Below, piece after piece: positions 17,535-28,574 of a DNA stretch of 64,000 bases; the stretch's first letter is position 1; the number at the start of each line of letters is the position of its first letter. This DNA comes from Candidatus Bathyarchaeota archaeon (GTDB taxonomy: Archaea; Thermoproteota; Bathyarchaeia; 40CM-2-53-6), in contig CAVTBR010000001.1 of NCBI GenBank assembly GCA_963733055.1, positions 1,024,001 to 1,088,000 of the forward strand, in the 5' to 3' direction. Both the position numbers and the translations under genes were made by a program. The notes under the pieces are model-generated. The model had not been told where the DNA came from, did no database searches, and was given only the letters and a program-made list of their open reading frames with translations.

Positions 17535-18671
17535 TTAGGCGGATAGTGGGGGTCTCGAGCCGAGCAGTACTGAGATTACCATGTACTGTCCGTTTCGAAT
17601 TATTCCGAGTTGAATGGTCTGTCCTGCTACGGCGTGTTCCTCTAGGTATGCGGAGAACGAGTCATAGTTGGTGATCCTATGCCCATTAATTGAGACTATC
17701 ACATCACCGCCCACGACGTATACCTGCTGCTGGATTGTGGCATTTTGTGTCCCTGCCCTGAGGCCGGAGATGCTCGCGGGGCCGCCTGGAACCAGGCTCT
17801 CCACTAGAACCCCGTAGGTAACGTTCGTTCCGATCGCTTGAGACAGCTGATAGGTCATATCGATGAGGCCGATACCCAGGTAGGGGTGCTTATCGTATTT
17901 ACCGCTCTTTATGAGCGAGGGTAGTTCTTGAGTAATCGTGTCGGAAGGAATTGCGAAGCCAAGACCTTCAGAATTGGTTACGGAAGCCGAAGTAATTCCG
18001 ACTACGGTGTCATCGGGTGCGATTACTGGTCCACCGGAATTACCCGGGTTGACCGCGGCGCTGAACTGGACCGTGTCAGGGATCGCAAACCCACCTAACG
18101 TATCGGTCTGCAGCGCTCTCCCAACTTGACTCACAACACCCACGGTAACCGTGTTTGACAAGCCGTAGGGGTTACCAATCGCCACCACCGTCTCGCCGAC
18201 TTTGAGTCCCGCAGAAGAACCTAGTTGCAGCGGATGGTACTCGCTCGGTGTAGCATTAACTGATACTACCGCTATGTCGCTGTAAGCGTCTGAACCCAGG
18301 ACCTTGGATGGGTAAGAGTCGCCATTCGAAAATGTCACAGTCGAATCAAGTAGGCCTTGGATTACGTGATAGTTTGTGACTATATAGTAAGAACCACCGT
18401 AGTTGATCACAAAACCTGTCCCAAGAACAGCACTCAGAGTTCCATTGGGGTACGTGCTCAACGTCATATCTTGCACAACGCCTTGTATGGTCACTACGCT
18501 TTGGCTGGAGATAGCGTAGATTTGGTCCGGCGTCAGGGGCTTCGGGCGGAATCCATCAAGCACGGGACTGTAGTATAACGCGACAGACCCTAAGACCACT
18601 ATGACGAGCAGGAGCACAGCAATCGTAATCGTCGGCCAGACTGATTTCTTAGACCTAGGCTTGGACTTCAT
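17535..18671 (-). CDS. htrA: HtrA/DegP-family serine protease with PDZ domain
   Basis: TNYHV, DIAV, NPGNSGGP triad; TM anchor; PYLGI PDZ start. Confidence 0.92.
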   Translation of the reverse strand: MKSKPRSKKSVWPTITIAVLLLVIVVLGSVALYYSPVLDGFRPKPLTPDQIYAISSQSVVTIQGVVQDMTLSTYPNGTLSAVLGTGFVINYGGSYYIVTNYHVIQGLLDSTVTFSNGDSYPSKVLGSDAYSDIAVVSVNATPSEYHPLQLGSSAGLKVGETVVAIGNPYGLSNTVTVGVVSQVGRALQTDTLGGFAIPDTVQFSAAVNPGNSGGPVIAPDDTVVGITSASVTNSEGLGFAIPSDTITQELPSLIKSGKYDKHPYLGIGLIDMTYQLSQAIGTNVTYGVLVESLVPGGPASISGLRAGTQNATIQQQVYVVGGDVIVSINGHRITNYDSFSAYLEEHAVAGQTIQLGIIRNGQYMVISVLLGSRPPLSA

Positions 18672-19038
18672 ATTAGTAACCTTATTTCAGTCAGCTACGG
18701 CTTGTAGTTCAATTTAATGGTTGTTTCGGACATCAATCTAACGGGCTTATGTTCACCATTGGTGCAACGAGCATATTACGGTCAGAATGGTGCGCCCATC
18801 CATACATCGAATAGGGGCGTTATGTTTAGGACGGCGAAAATCAATAGTAATCAATGGCTTCCCTCAAGCCTCCTCCTACTGCTTAGGATCTTTCTAGGCG
18901 CCACTTCCTCTTTGCAGGCGCGCAACACTTGACCGGTCCTTCTTAATTCGACTCGTCCAAGTCGGAAGTTCTGATGCTCATAACGGAACATGGATTGAAC
19001 TGGGAACTAACATCGAATTCGTCAATCTGACTCATGTC

Positions 19039-20028
19039 TCAGAATGATCGTGATACTAGGAATTCCGAGATTGACACTAAGTTGTCTCGGGCTCCGGACG
19101 CCGGGAGCTTGTTTAGAATGTTTAGAGCTGAGCGAAGATAGGATTGGGCCGCTGTTTTCGCGTAATCAATTGAGCCATATTTTTCGTATAGGTGAACGGC
19201 TTTTCGGATTTCCTGTTTCGTGATGTTGTTCTTCCCCAGTAGGCGTGTGAATGTTTTCCCATCTTGGGTGTTCGCTGTTCTTAGTAGGTGGGCCGTGAGG
19301 ACAGTCTTCTTGCCTTCTCGAATGTCTCCGCCAATTTCCTTTCCGTACTCTTTCACATCACCCGATACGTTCAAGGCGTCGTCTACTATTTGGAAGCCGA
19401 TTCCGACTGTTTCACCGAAATCGCCAAGCATTTTGATTTGTTCGTCGGTACCCCCTCCCGCAATCGCTCCTGTTTCTGTAGATAATGCAGTGAGGGCTCC
19501 GGTCTTGTTCTTGAGTAGGCGGATCACTTCATCTTCGGTGAATTGTTTGCGTTTCCACATGCTGAATTCGAATTGCTGGCCCCATGTTATGTCATACGTG
19601 CGTTTTGCGATTTGGGAGACTAGCCTGTGGCACCGGTCTTGGGATAGGTTGCTGGAGTTGGCGATCTCGAACACTTTAATCAGCATTGAGTCACCAACAT
19701 TGATGGCCGTAGGCTCGTTGTAGATTATGTGGATGCATGGTTTGCCACGCCGAAGCTCACTCCTGTCCTCGATATCGTCGTGGACCAGTGTCATGTTGTG
19801 TAGAAGTTCAACGGCGGCGGCTGCGCCGAGTGCGTCCCCTTTGCGACCACCCACGCACTCGCTTGCTAAGAAAGTCATGGCGGGCCTAAACCGTTTTCCT
19901 CCACGGTCGAGCAGATCCCAGACCGCAGCGTAGAATTCTAGCGGCTCCCCTGTTCGCGGTATGTGACGCTCAATTTCCGCCTCAACGTCCCCTTTGTATT
20001 CGCTGAGAATTTCCAGAGCGGATTTCAT
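19039..20028 (-). CDS. idsA: Geranylgeranyl diphosphate (polyprenyl) synthase
   Basis: GGKRFRP, HDDIED..RRG, GQ, KT, FQIVDD motifs. Confidence 0.9.
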   Translation of the reverse strand: MKSALEILSEYKGDVEAEIERHIPRTGEPLEFYAAVWDLLDRGGKRFRPAMTFLASECVGGRKGDALGAAAAVELLHNMTLVHDDIEDRSELRRGKPCIHIIYNEPTAINVGDSMLIKVFEIANSSNLSQDRCHRLVSQIAKRTYDITWGQQFEFSMWKRKQFTEDEVIRLLKNKTGALTALSTETGAIAGGGTDEQIKMLGDFGETVGIGFQIVDDALNVSGDVKEYGKEIGGDIREGKKTVLTAHLLRTANTQDGKTFTRLLGKNNITKQEIRKAVHLYEKYGSIDYAKTAAQSYLRSALNILNKLPASGARDNLVSISEFLVSRSF

Positions 20029-20192
20029 GTTGTCGTTGAGTGTTGTTTGTTGTTCTTCAACTCTCCTAATAGTTAACGACCGGTTTGAGTTTGGTTGATT
20101 GAACCTATTGCAGAAGAAAGTTGTTTGAGGGCGGAGTCGGTCGAGAGCATTATATATGACATATGGAATAGTCGGCGATTCACATTAGATGT

Positions 20193-21071
20193 GTGCACCA
20201 TTTGGTAGCGTATGTCCAAGTCCTAATTCTCGGTGCCTTCGCGGGGCTCACGATTCTTCTAGGCATGCCGCTCGCAATTATTCAGAAAGTGAGTCTGAAG
20301 AAGAAAGGGTTCCTCAACGCATTTGCGACCGGCATTCTGATCTTCCTCATAGTCGACGTCCTTAGTCACGCTTGGACAACTACCGCTGAAGCAGCGACCG
20401 CCGCTTTTGCAGGCACTGCCCCCGTTTGGATCGCCGCGGTTGATATGGCTGCGATGCTCGGAGGAATTGGAATCGGACTCCTAGGCCTCACATGGTACGG
20501 AAGGAGATACATGAGGAAGAGCAATTCGCCCTCGACCGATACGCGGACAACTTCCAAAATCGAGACCGGAACCAGCGGTCGACCTCGTCAAGAATTACGA
20601 CTGATACAACAAGTGGATGCTTATAGACTGTCGATGATGATTGCTATCGGGATCGGCGCGCACAACTTCAGTGAAGGATTAGCGATCGGTCAATCCTATG
20701 CTTCAGGAGCCATAGGGTTGGCGGTGATGCTGATCATTGGATTCGCCGCCCACAACACGACAGAAGGTTTCGGAATCGCAGCCCCGCTCAGCGGCCTAAC
20801 TAAGAGGCCGAGTAACCGCTTCCTCTTAATCGCCGGCTTGGTCGGTGGTGGACCGACATTCATCGGCACTCTCTTGGGGAGCCTTTGGGCTTCGCCAATC
20901 GCCTACATCTTCTTTCTCGCCCTCGCGGGTGGTGCCCTAGTTTACGTGACAATGCTAATGTATAATTCTGGAAGACGTCAGGTTACGAATGATATTCTAA
21001 TGCTGGGATTCTTCGTTGGAATCGCGGCGGGCTTCATAACCGACCTAATTGTCACCCTCGGCGGCGCGTAG
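20193..21071 (+). CDS. ZIP-family divalent metal transporter
   Basis: HNFSEGLAIG and HNTTEG motifs. Confidence 0.9.
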   Translation: MHHLVAYVQVLILGAFAGLTILLGMPLAIIQKVSLKKKGFLNAFATGILIFLIVDVLSHAWTTTAEAATAAFAGTAPVWIAAVDMAAMLGGIGIGLLGLTWYGRRYMRKSNSPSTDTRTTSKIETGTSGRPRQELRLIQQVDAYRLSMMIAIGIGAHNFSEGLAIGQSYASGAIGLAVMLIIGFAAHNTTEGFGIAAPLSGLTKRPSNRFLLIAGLVGGGPTFIGTLLGSLWASPIAYIFFLALAGGALVYVTMLMYNSGRRQVTNDILMLGFFVGIAAGFITDLIVTLGGA

Positions 21072-21098
21072 CACAATTAGGGTGATTGAATAACCTAC

Positions 21099-21859
21099 TT
21101 ACCTCCGTGCAACGCAAATTATCCTAGGGCTGTTCTCATGGAATGGTTCATGATTTAATCCTCCGTAGACGGTTTCAACGCGGAAACAGACTCTTTCCAA
21201 TAGTTTAGCAAGTTCGTCTTTGAAGACGTAACGCAATTGGAAGTTGACCACTTTCCTCTTGACGGAACCTGCTGGGCTAACGAAATCATAGAGATTTGTG
21301 GCGTCGATTGTCTGATTCTTGAAGTTCATTTCCTGCGCGTTAAAGCGGAGGATTGTCTCCCTACCATGATGCTTCACCTTGTCGAGTCTTGCGACGTTTT
21401 GAGGCCTTGAAAGGTCTGGGTTGAAAACGTCCACAATGAACACACCGCCGGGTTGAAGGTGCTCGAAGACGCACCTGAGGCAACTCTCCTCGTCTTGGAC
21501 GGTCAGGTTTTGAAGGAAAGATGCGAAGGCTATGTATCCCATGGCGAAAGTCTTGGACAGTTTGAAGTTTCGCATATCGCCCTTGACCAGATGAACTCGT
21601 TTCCTAATGGTCTGGTCTTCTCTTCTCAGCTTGATCTTTAGTACTTCGAGCATTTTGTAACTGATATCTAGACCTGTGACCTCGTGACCCGCCGAGCTAA
21701 GGGAAGAAGGATCCTACCCGTTCCGCAGGCGCATTCGAGGACCTTTCCTCCTGACTTCGAGGCATATTCTAGGTAAAATGGGATGTCAATGGCCGTGTCA
21801 TAAACGAGATCATAGAACGCAGCCTCGATGTCAAATCGGTTCATCAGTAAACCAACCAT
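21099..21859 (-). CDS. Class I SAM-dependent methyltransferase, frameshift near 21692
   Basis: VLECACGTGR; one added base restores LARAGHEVTGLDISYKML; GDMRNF, HLQPGG. Confidence 0.85.
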
Positions 21860-21872
21860 TTCGCTCGACTGT

Positions 21873-24139
21873 TTAGACTAGGGGTTCAACCTTGTAATTG
21901 CTTGTTAGGACCCGCCTGATCTCTTCGGAGATCTTTTCGCCTATGCCGGATACGGACATGAGTTCTTCTTCGGATGCTTGAAAGACGTGTTGGGGTGTGT
22001 GGAATGAAGTGAGTAGTTTCCTGGCGCGGGTTCTGTCAATGTTGGGGAGGCTTGAGACGACAAATTCTTGCTCTTCTTGGAGTGTTTTGGGTTTGGCGAG
22101 GGTCATTATTCTCGGGGCGCGTTTGTCTTGGATCTGTTCGCGGCGGCATATGGCGAACATCAACTGTGCAGTTTCGGAGGGTTTCTGTGTCAGTAGTATC
22201 GGGATCCCGTAATCCATTAGAATGCTAGCATAGGCACCCATCATCGCCTCCGGCCGAAACGCGCCCCGATCCCGTTAATGATTCTCCTTCCACAATTATT
22301 ACCGGCTTCAGATATGCGGCTTTGAGGTTCGCGGCTTGTTGAAAGAGGCGGCCGTCGATTATTGAGGAAGCGAAGTCATCAACTTCTTTTCGTTCCACCA
22401 CGACCCTGTCGGAGAGCACAAAATCGCCTACCTGTAGCGTTTCAGATTTGACGAGGGCGCCGAGTTTAGCAAGTTCCCTCGTAACCAAAGCGCCGAGTTC
22501 CCTTGAATCGGCGACGACCACGATTTGTTCTACCAATTTCTCTTCCTTCAAACTTGATGACATGAATTTCTCTATTCTTGACTGGTCAGGGGCGTATTCC
22601 TTCCGAGCCGCAACGAACTGCTTGATCGCGCTGGCCATCTCGCAGTTCCCTTCGCTGCGAGATCCAATAATACGCCTCGTCCCTCGTCCCCTTTGCAATC
22701 AATATGACCGCAGCCCCCGGACCTTTTCGGCCGGTTCGGCCGCGGCGTTGAATATACCGCACCGCGCTTGGCACAGTATCGTAGAAAACTACTTGATCGC
22801 ATTCCACGATGTCAAGCCCCTCTTCCCCTATCTGTGTAGCAACGAGCACATTGAACGTGCCCGCCCTGAAATCATCCAGAACACTAGCTTGTTTTTTCTG
22901 CGTCAGGCCACGGTCTCCGGCCCGTGAGGCTTGACCAACGAGTCGGACGGCTGAGACTCCTTCGACCTTGTTGAGGACTTCCACAAGCCTCGCCGCGGTT
23001 GCGCGGTAATTGGTGAAAACCATGATGCGGCGTGCGCCCTTACCCAACCCCGTACGTACCGATTTGATCAGTTCAGTAACTTTGGGGTGGTCGACCTCTT
23101 TCGCGACGAGGTTATTCACGACGCTTACCACCTGCTTCATTCTATCGTCCTCAAGAAGCATTTTCAGCCCCGGCGTCATTCGTTGCTGTCCCTTCTCCTT
23201 CAACCCGTCGAGGTGTTCTTTCAGGGCGGGAAAGCCCTGAGTTTCTAGGAATTCTGTTGCCCGAATTGCATGAATAGCCGCATACACGTAGGCCAGGTAA
23301 ATCTTTGCGTCCCTGTTCCCGCCTGCAGCGTCACTTAGGATTCGCTGCCGTGCGCCTAACACATCGCGCAGACGAACTCTATCCATAGCCGCGCTCTCAA
23401 GGTAGCCGTGATCCCTTATCGTTCGTAGTTTGTCCCGTAGGAAAGATTCGAGTTCTCGTTTTACGTCATAGAATATTTGCGGAAGGTTGACGGTAACCCA
23501 TCGAATCTCTATTCCACCAACGTATGGTTTTACGTCCTCGCTCTGAATTGACCGTGCCTCGACCCATCCGAGGTGGAGGTTGTCGCAGATCTCTCGAACA
23601 TCCTGTTCGCTTGATCCAGGCGAAGCGGTTAGTCCTAGGATGAGGTTGTCGTCGGTTGTTGCGGAGTAGCGATCAGCAATGAAGACATACGGGTAATCGC
23701 CCACGGCCCTATGGGCCTCGTCAAAGACCATCAACGAAAAAGTGTCTAGGGCGAGTTTGCCCGTGAGCAAGTCATTCAACAAAACTTGAGGCGTGCAGAA
23801 GATAAGCCGCTTCTTCCACAGATCAACGCGTTCGTCCGGGCCAACCTCACCTGTCAACCAGACCATCGATGATGGGTCAAGGTTGAGTAACTTCTGGAAT
23901 GTTTTGAAGTGTTGGAGCACCAATGGCTTGGTGGGTGCTAGTATGACTACGCCTTTGCTCGGAATTCGCTGCAATCTTTCGGCGGCCACGTAGGCGGCCA
24001 CTATTGACTTCCCTAACCCCGTGGGAAGACAAACCAAGGTGTTGACGCGCAGGGCGTTCTTTGCAATTGATTCTTGATAGGAACGGCGTTCGATAGAATC
24101 TAACCTCAACAACAAATTGGAGTTGAGGTCGAACGCCAC
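21873..24139 (-). CDS. hef: Hef: FANCM-like DEAH helicase + ERCC4 nuclease + HhH, frameshifts near 22644 and 22258
   Basis: LPTGLGKS, DEAH, TASPG, EEGLD, QRRGRTGR; GDFVLSDRVVVERK; SLPNID / VSGIG HhH; spread over three ORF-track frames. Confidence 0.9.
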
Positions 24140-24285
24140 TATGAAACGCTCCCTTTCCTAATTAACCAATCAAACATCGCCTAACGGGGGTATAAGTCGC
24201 GGGGTATCACCCGCCCCCAACCCGAATAAGTTTCTCTCTCTGAAATTTGCGCGAACGTAATCAGCTGTCGGCGGAAGGTAGGATT

Positions 24286-25174
24286 CTATGTCTGTTTGGC
24301 TCCGCAGCTTCCGCAGAATGTTGCCGCGGTTGGAATCTTTGCCCCGCAGCTGATACAGAATTTTGTGCCTCCTTGCTCTGTTGGCGGTGGAAGAGCGGGG
24401 ACAGCGGCGCCGCAGCTCGGGCAGAACTTATGGTGGGGTTGGAGCGGTGTGCCGCAAGAAGGACAAGCCATACCGCTAACGACGGGTGCAGCCACTCTAA
24501 GCTCAGGTGGGGCGCCTTCATTGTACAATAACCCCATGGATCTGAAAACGAAGACGCCTAAAATTGGTTGGAGAATTGCGGAGATCACCCAACCAACACG
24601 GGGTATAATCCCCGAAATTGCGCTAATCACAATGCCGATTATCACCACAACTACTATCCAACCGATGTACTTCATCCAACCAATCCCGCAGTATGATGCT
24701 CCATATCTCCCCGAACGCGAAAGCTTTCCCGAACTTTCCTGTCTTAATCATGTGCGCCATGCCTACTCCTAGAATGATCAGCAGAAGTATCACGAGGATG
24801 ATTCCGACAAGGAGAATCACGGCGCCTACTCCTCCCAGCACAAGCCCACCTGCAACTGCCAGGCCTGCCGTTGACATTAGGCCGGCGGACATAGAGACGC
24901 CGCCAACTATTATGAGGATTATTGGAATTAGCATGTAGATTAACGCCGCAAAGAACACCTTGGCTCCATCAACGAACAACTCGCCGTACTTTTCCAACTT
25001 CGGCGGAGTTCCTGTGCCAGGTGACTCCCTAAGCACTCTGGCTTGGTAGCCGATTACTATGAAGTCGACGATGGGGATAACGCTGAGAATGATGAGTATG
25101 ATTAAACGGCCTATGTCGCCGAATAATTTCTTAGTGTATTCGAAACTATCGCTAAGATTGTCGCCCAGATTCAT
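24286..25174 (-). CDS. DUF4013-like membrane protein with C-terminal double zinc ribbon, frameshift near 24690
   Basis: IIPIVDFIVIGY-like segment, GK..F pattern; CxxCG repeats; removing A24690 joins the frames. Confidence 0.8.
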
Positions 25175-25243
25175 GATGGACCACTTGCAAGTAACAGAAG
25201 CGGGTGATGGAATATAAACTGCTTTAGAAAATTATGGTACGGA

Positions 25244-25480
25244 TCACTCTTCACCGGTTCCGCCGCATGATTCGCATTCCTTTTGCCCTTCGCCGTCACA
25301 TTCTGGGCAATCTTCGCTAATTCTCCCTTCACCATTACATTCGACGCAACGAACGGTCATTCCCGACTCGTGGACAGTTCCCTCGCCGCCACACTTATCG
25401 CAATCAACGTCTACGGTTCCGGTTCCTTCGCAGTCTGGGCAGTCCGTTTTGCCCCTGCCCTCACAATCATTGCATTTCAT
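25244..25480 (-). CDS. Stand-alone DnaJ-type Cys-rich zinc-finger protein
   Basis: Six CxxCxGxG repeats, no J domain. Confidence 0.8.
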   Translation of the reverse strand: MKCNDCEGRGKTDCPDCEGTGTVDVDCDKCGGEGTVHESGMTVRCVECNGEGRISEDCPECDGEGQKECESCGGTGEE

Positions 25481-25495
25481 TGGAATCCTTCTTTG

Positions 25496-25849
25496 TTATG
25501 CTTCAGGGCTTGTTCTCAGGCGGCGAAGTTTCTCTATTGAACTCAGCCAACTCGACAAAGCGTTTCCATACTCAATTAATTTCTCCGGCTCCTGTTCGTT
25601 TCGCATCGCCAAATTCAGCTCCTGAATTTTGCTGAGCAGGATTTGCTCCGAGTCCTCTAGAACTCTATCGGTCATTAGGCGGGTTTCCTGTTCAGCAGAC
25701 TGTATGATTACAACGGGTTTGTTACATTTGGGGCAGAAGGTTTCGTTGCCCTTGCGAAAGAGCGGCGTCCCACATTCAGGGCAAGTTTCAGATAGCATAG
25801 TTGCCCCCGATTTGAGGAGTTCAGCCATCTTCTTGACTTCTAAGCTCAC
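25496..25849 (-). CDS. UPF0148 / SSSCA1 (autoantigen p27)-like zinc-ribbon protein
   Basis: MAELLKSGATMLSETCPECGTPLF..FCPKC. Confidence 0.85.
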   Translation of the reverse strand: MSLEVKKMAELLKSGATMLSETCPECGTPLFRKGNETFCPKCNKPVVIIQSAEQETRLMTDRVLEDSEQILLSKIQELNLAMRNEQEPEKLIEYGNALSSWLSSIEKLRRLRTSPEA

Positions 25850-26008
25850 AGCCCATAACCATGCAAATAATGCGCTCAATCACTAATTACGCTTTGTTGA
25901 GCTTCGAAAAGCCGCGTATAAGCGGAGGTCGCAGATTCGAGAAAGAGTTTAGATATTGCCGTATGGATGGTTTGGTTGAAAGGTCGCCTGTCATGCGGGT
26001 GTTCCGCA

Positions 26009-26290
26009 ATGTCAACAAAAGTCAAACGCAAGGAAGAATACGAGGCCCGGATCAAGCAGGCACTCGTAGTCCTTAACGATGTTTCTAACGACAATACTAC
26101 CCCACGCAACATACGTCGGGCAGCCAAAACGGCTATGGACACTCTCCAAGTTGGCGACCTGAGTATAGGCGTCAGGGCGGCAAATGCCATCTCCATACTG
26201 GACGACATAAGCCAGGACCCGAATATGCCTCCGTACACACGTGTGAAGATTTGGAATTCCGTCAGCATTTTAGAAGCGATAAAAGACTAG
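26009..26290 (+). CDS. UPF0147 family protein
   Basis: [35 protein letters not shown]. Confidence 0.9.
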   Translation: MSTKVKRKEEYEARIKQALVVLNDVSNDNTTPRNIRRAAKTAMDTLQVGDLSIGVRAANAISILDDISQDPNMPPYTRVKIWNSVSILEAIKD

Positions 26291-26360
26291 GTCAGGACCT
26301 AATCGGTCACGTCTGGTTTAATTTCAGCGTCCGAGAACGTTTCCTAGAGGTCGGTCACCG

Positions 26361-27350
26361 TTGGAAGCCGCTGTTCAGACGCTCGATATCACCAAGCGTT
26401 TCGGCGATCTAACAGCGGTTGACAAGATCAACCTGTCAATTGAAGCAAGAGAAATCTTCGGGCTAATTGGGCCTAACGGGGCTGGAAAAACTACTCTCAT
26501 ACGTATGCTGACAACGGTGATTCCACCTACGGATGGCACCGCGAGGATAGCGGGTTATGACATTCGTGACAACCAAGACCAAGTTCGTCGTAGTATAGGC
26601 GTGGTTTCTCAAGCAACCACCCTCGATGTTGAGTTGACTGCGTGGGAGAACATGAACATTTACGCGAAATACTATGACGTTCCAGCGGAGACTCGGAAGA
26701 CGAGAATAAAGGATCTCCTCGAAGTCGTGGGCCTCGGTGACAGAGCAAACTTTACAGTCGGTAGCTACTCCGGAGGCATGAAGCGACGCCTCGAACTCGT
26801 TAGGTCACTCATCCACCACCCTCGAGTCCTGTTCTTAGACGAACCCACCACCGGCCTTGACCCCCAAGCTCGTAGCGCCGTCTGGGAGTATCTACGCGGG
26901 CTGCACGAGAGGCAAGAGATCACTGTTGTACTCACAACGCACTACCTAGAGGAGGCGGAATCCCTCTGCGATAGAGTAGCGATCGTAGATTATGGAAAGG
27001 TCATGGCCTTGGGCACACCCAGCGAACTGAAACGCAAGGTCATGGGGGGAGACGTAGTCGAAGCCGAAGTTGGGGCGTTTCCGAACGAAGCGCTTGAAGC
27101 GTTGAAGAGTTCGAAATTCGCGCTTGAAGTTAAGAAGCGTGAGAACACCCTCACGGTACTAGTCAGGAGTGGTGCTGAAGCAGTCCCAAGAATCGTTGAG
27201 CTCGTGGACAGGAACGGGGGGAAGATCAAGACGATAACGCTCCGTCAACCGACGTTGGATGATGTTTTCCTAAGCTTCACTGGTCGCAGCATCAGAGAGG
27301 ACACGATTGTGAAGAACAAGAGATTCGTCAGTAACTGGGCGGGGCGTTGA
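26361..27350 (+). CDS. ABC-2 (DrrA-like) transporter ATP-binding protein
   Basis: GPNGAGKT, YSGGM, FLDEPTTGLDP. Confidence 0.93.
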   Translation: MEAAVQTLDITKRFGDLTAVDKINLSIEAREIFGLIGPNGAGKTTLIRMLTTVIPPTDGTARIAGYDIRDNQDQVRRSIGVVSQATTLDVELTAWENMNIYAKYYDVPAETRKTRIKDLLEVVGLGDRANFTVGSYSGGMKRRLELVRSLIHHPRVLFLDEPTTGLDPQARSAVWEYLRGLHERQEITVVLTTHYLEEAESLCDRVAIVDYGKVMALGTPSELKRKVMGGDVVEAEVGAFPNEALEALKSSKFALEVKKRENTLTVLVRSGAEAVPRIVELVDRNGGKIKTITLRQPTLDDVFLSFTGRSIREDTIVKNKRFVSNWAGR

Positions 27351-27354
27351 AGGA

Positions 27355-28485
27355 TTGAAAGGTGCGTTATGGGTTTGCGAACGTGACATTCGCAAGTTCC
27401 TCCGGCAACCAGCAATCGTGATGGGGGCAATCGTCGGGCCATTCCTAACTTTGATCCTGCTCGGATTTGCCTTTGGGGGGGCGATAACACATGCGCCGGT
27501 AGCCATCGTACGCGAGAGCTACGGGCCGATATCTACGAATTTCATTGATACGCTGAGAAATCAACAAAACTGCATCTACGGCGGCATAAACTGCGCCAAT
27601 GCCTACGACCTGACAGATGTCTCCGATCTAGGAGCCGCGCTGACAATGCTTCGACAGGGTCTAGTGAAAGCGGTGGTGTACATACCACTTGACTTTGACC
27701 AGGCGATGGGTAACTCGACTGTCGCGACTGTTTACCTTGACAATACAGACCCGCTCAGTGCAGCTTCGATATCTGGGTTGATGACTCAAGCTGCCGCGCA
27801 AATCTCAGCCCAAATCCGGATTAGTCCTCCACCGGATTCGGTGGTAACGCTCGACCTTGCTAACGTGTACAGGGATGTGCTGTATATTGAATTCATGGCG
27901 CCTGGATCGCTAATTCAGTCAATTATGTTCGCCTCCATTATCGGGGGCGGAATCTCGATCCTCTTCGATAAGCAGAGAGGAATAATCGAAGGCTACTTGG
28001 TCACGCCGTTGAAACAGTACGAGATTGTGGTCGGAGTCTTGCTGGCAGGAGTGACAAAGGCCATGTTCTCCGCTACAGCGATGCTGATCCTGGCCATAAT
28101 CTTCGCCGGCGTCCGTCCCATGACAAACTTCTTCGGGTTCATTCTCATTTTCTTCACCCTATTTCTAACTTCACTTGGCCTCATCTCTATGATGACCGCT
28201 TACGCCGTAAGGGCTCCAGCTCCGGAGGTGTACCAGTTCACCGCTTTCCCGATCAACCTGATACTCTACTTCACGAGTGGGGCCGTGTATCCGCTCGACG
28301 GTTTTCCACCGTGGATGAGGACGATGGCCTCGGTTAACCCCGAGGCTTACGCAATACACGCGCTTCGGGTGGTCATGTACAAGGGCGCCGGTCTCTCCGC
28401 CGTAGTCGGAGATTTCGCCTTCCTTGCCCTCTTCACGGGAATCATGATACTTCTCGCGACCGCGGCCTTCAGACGAGCACTCTGA
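27355..28485 (+). CDS. ABC-2 type permease
   Basis: TM pattern with large extracellular loop; SGAVYPLDGFP. Confidence 0.88.
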   Translation: MKGALWVCERDIRKFLRQPAIVMGAIVGPFLTLILLGFAFGGAITHAPVAIVRESYGPISTNFIDTLRNQQNCIYGGINCANAYDLTDVSDLGAALTMLRQGLVKAVVYIPLDFDQAMGNSTVATVYLDNTDPLSAASISGLMTQAAAQISAQIRISPPPDSVVTLDLANVYRDVLYIEFMAPGSLIQSIMFASIIGGGISILFDKQRGIIEGYLVTPLKQYEIVVGVLLAGVTKAMFSATAMLILAIIFAGVRPMTNFFGFILIFFTLFLTSLGLISMMTAYAVRAPAPEVYQFTAFPINLILYFTSGAVYPLDGFPPWMRTMASVNPEAYAIHALRVVMYKGAGLSAVVGDFAFLALFTGIMILLATAAFRRAL

Positions 28486-28507
28486 CCTATTGAGGAGCGG
28501 TTGATGC

Positions 28508-28538
28508 AGGACCCTTCGAGTGGGGTTCTAAGGGTCCT
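28508..28538. terminator. Inverted repeat between convergent ABC operons
   Basis: AGGACCCTT...AAGGGTCCT perfect 9-bp stem. Confidence 0.45.
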
Positions 28539-28574
28539 AGTCGAATGGGAAGCGAGTTGCTTTTCGTTGGATAG

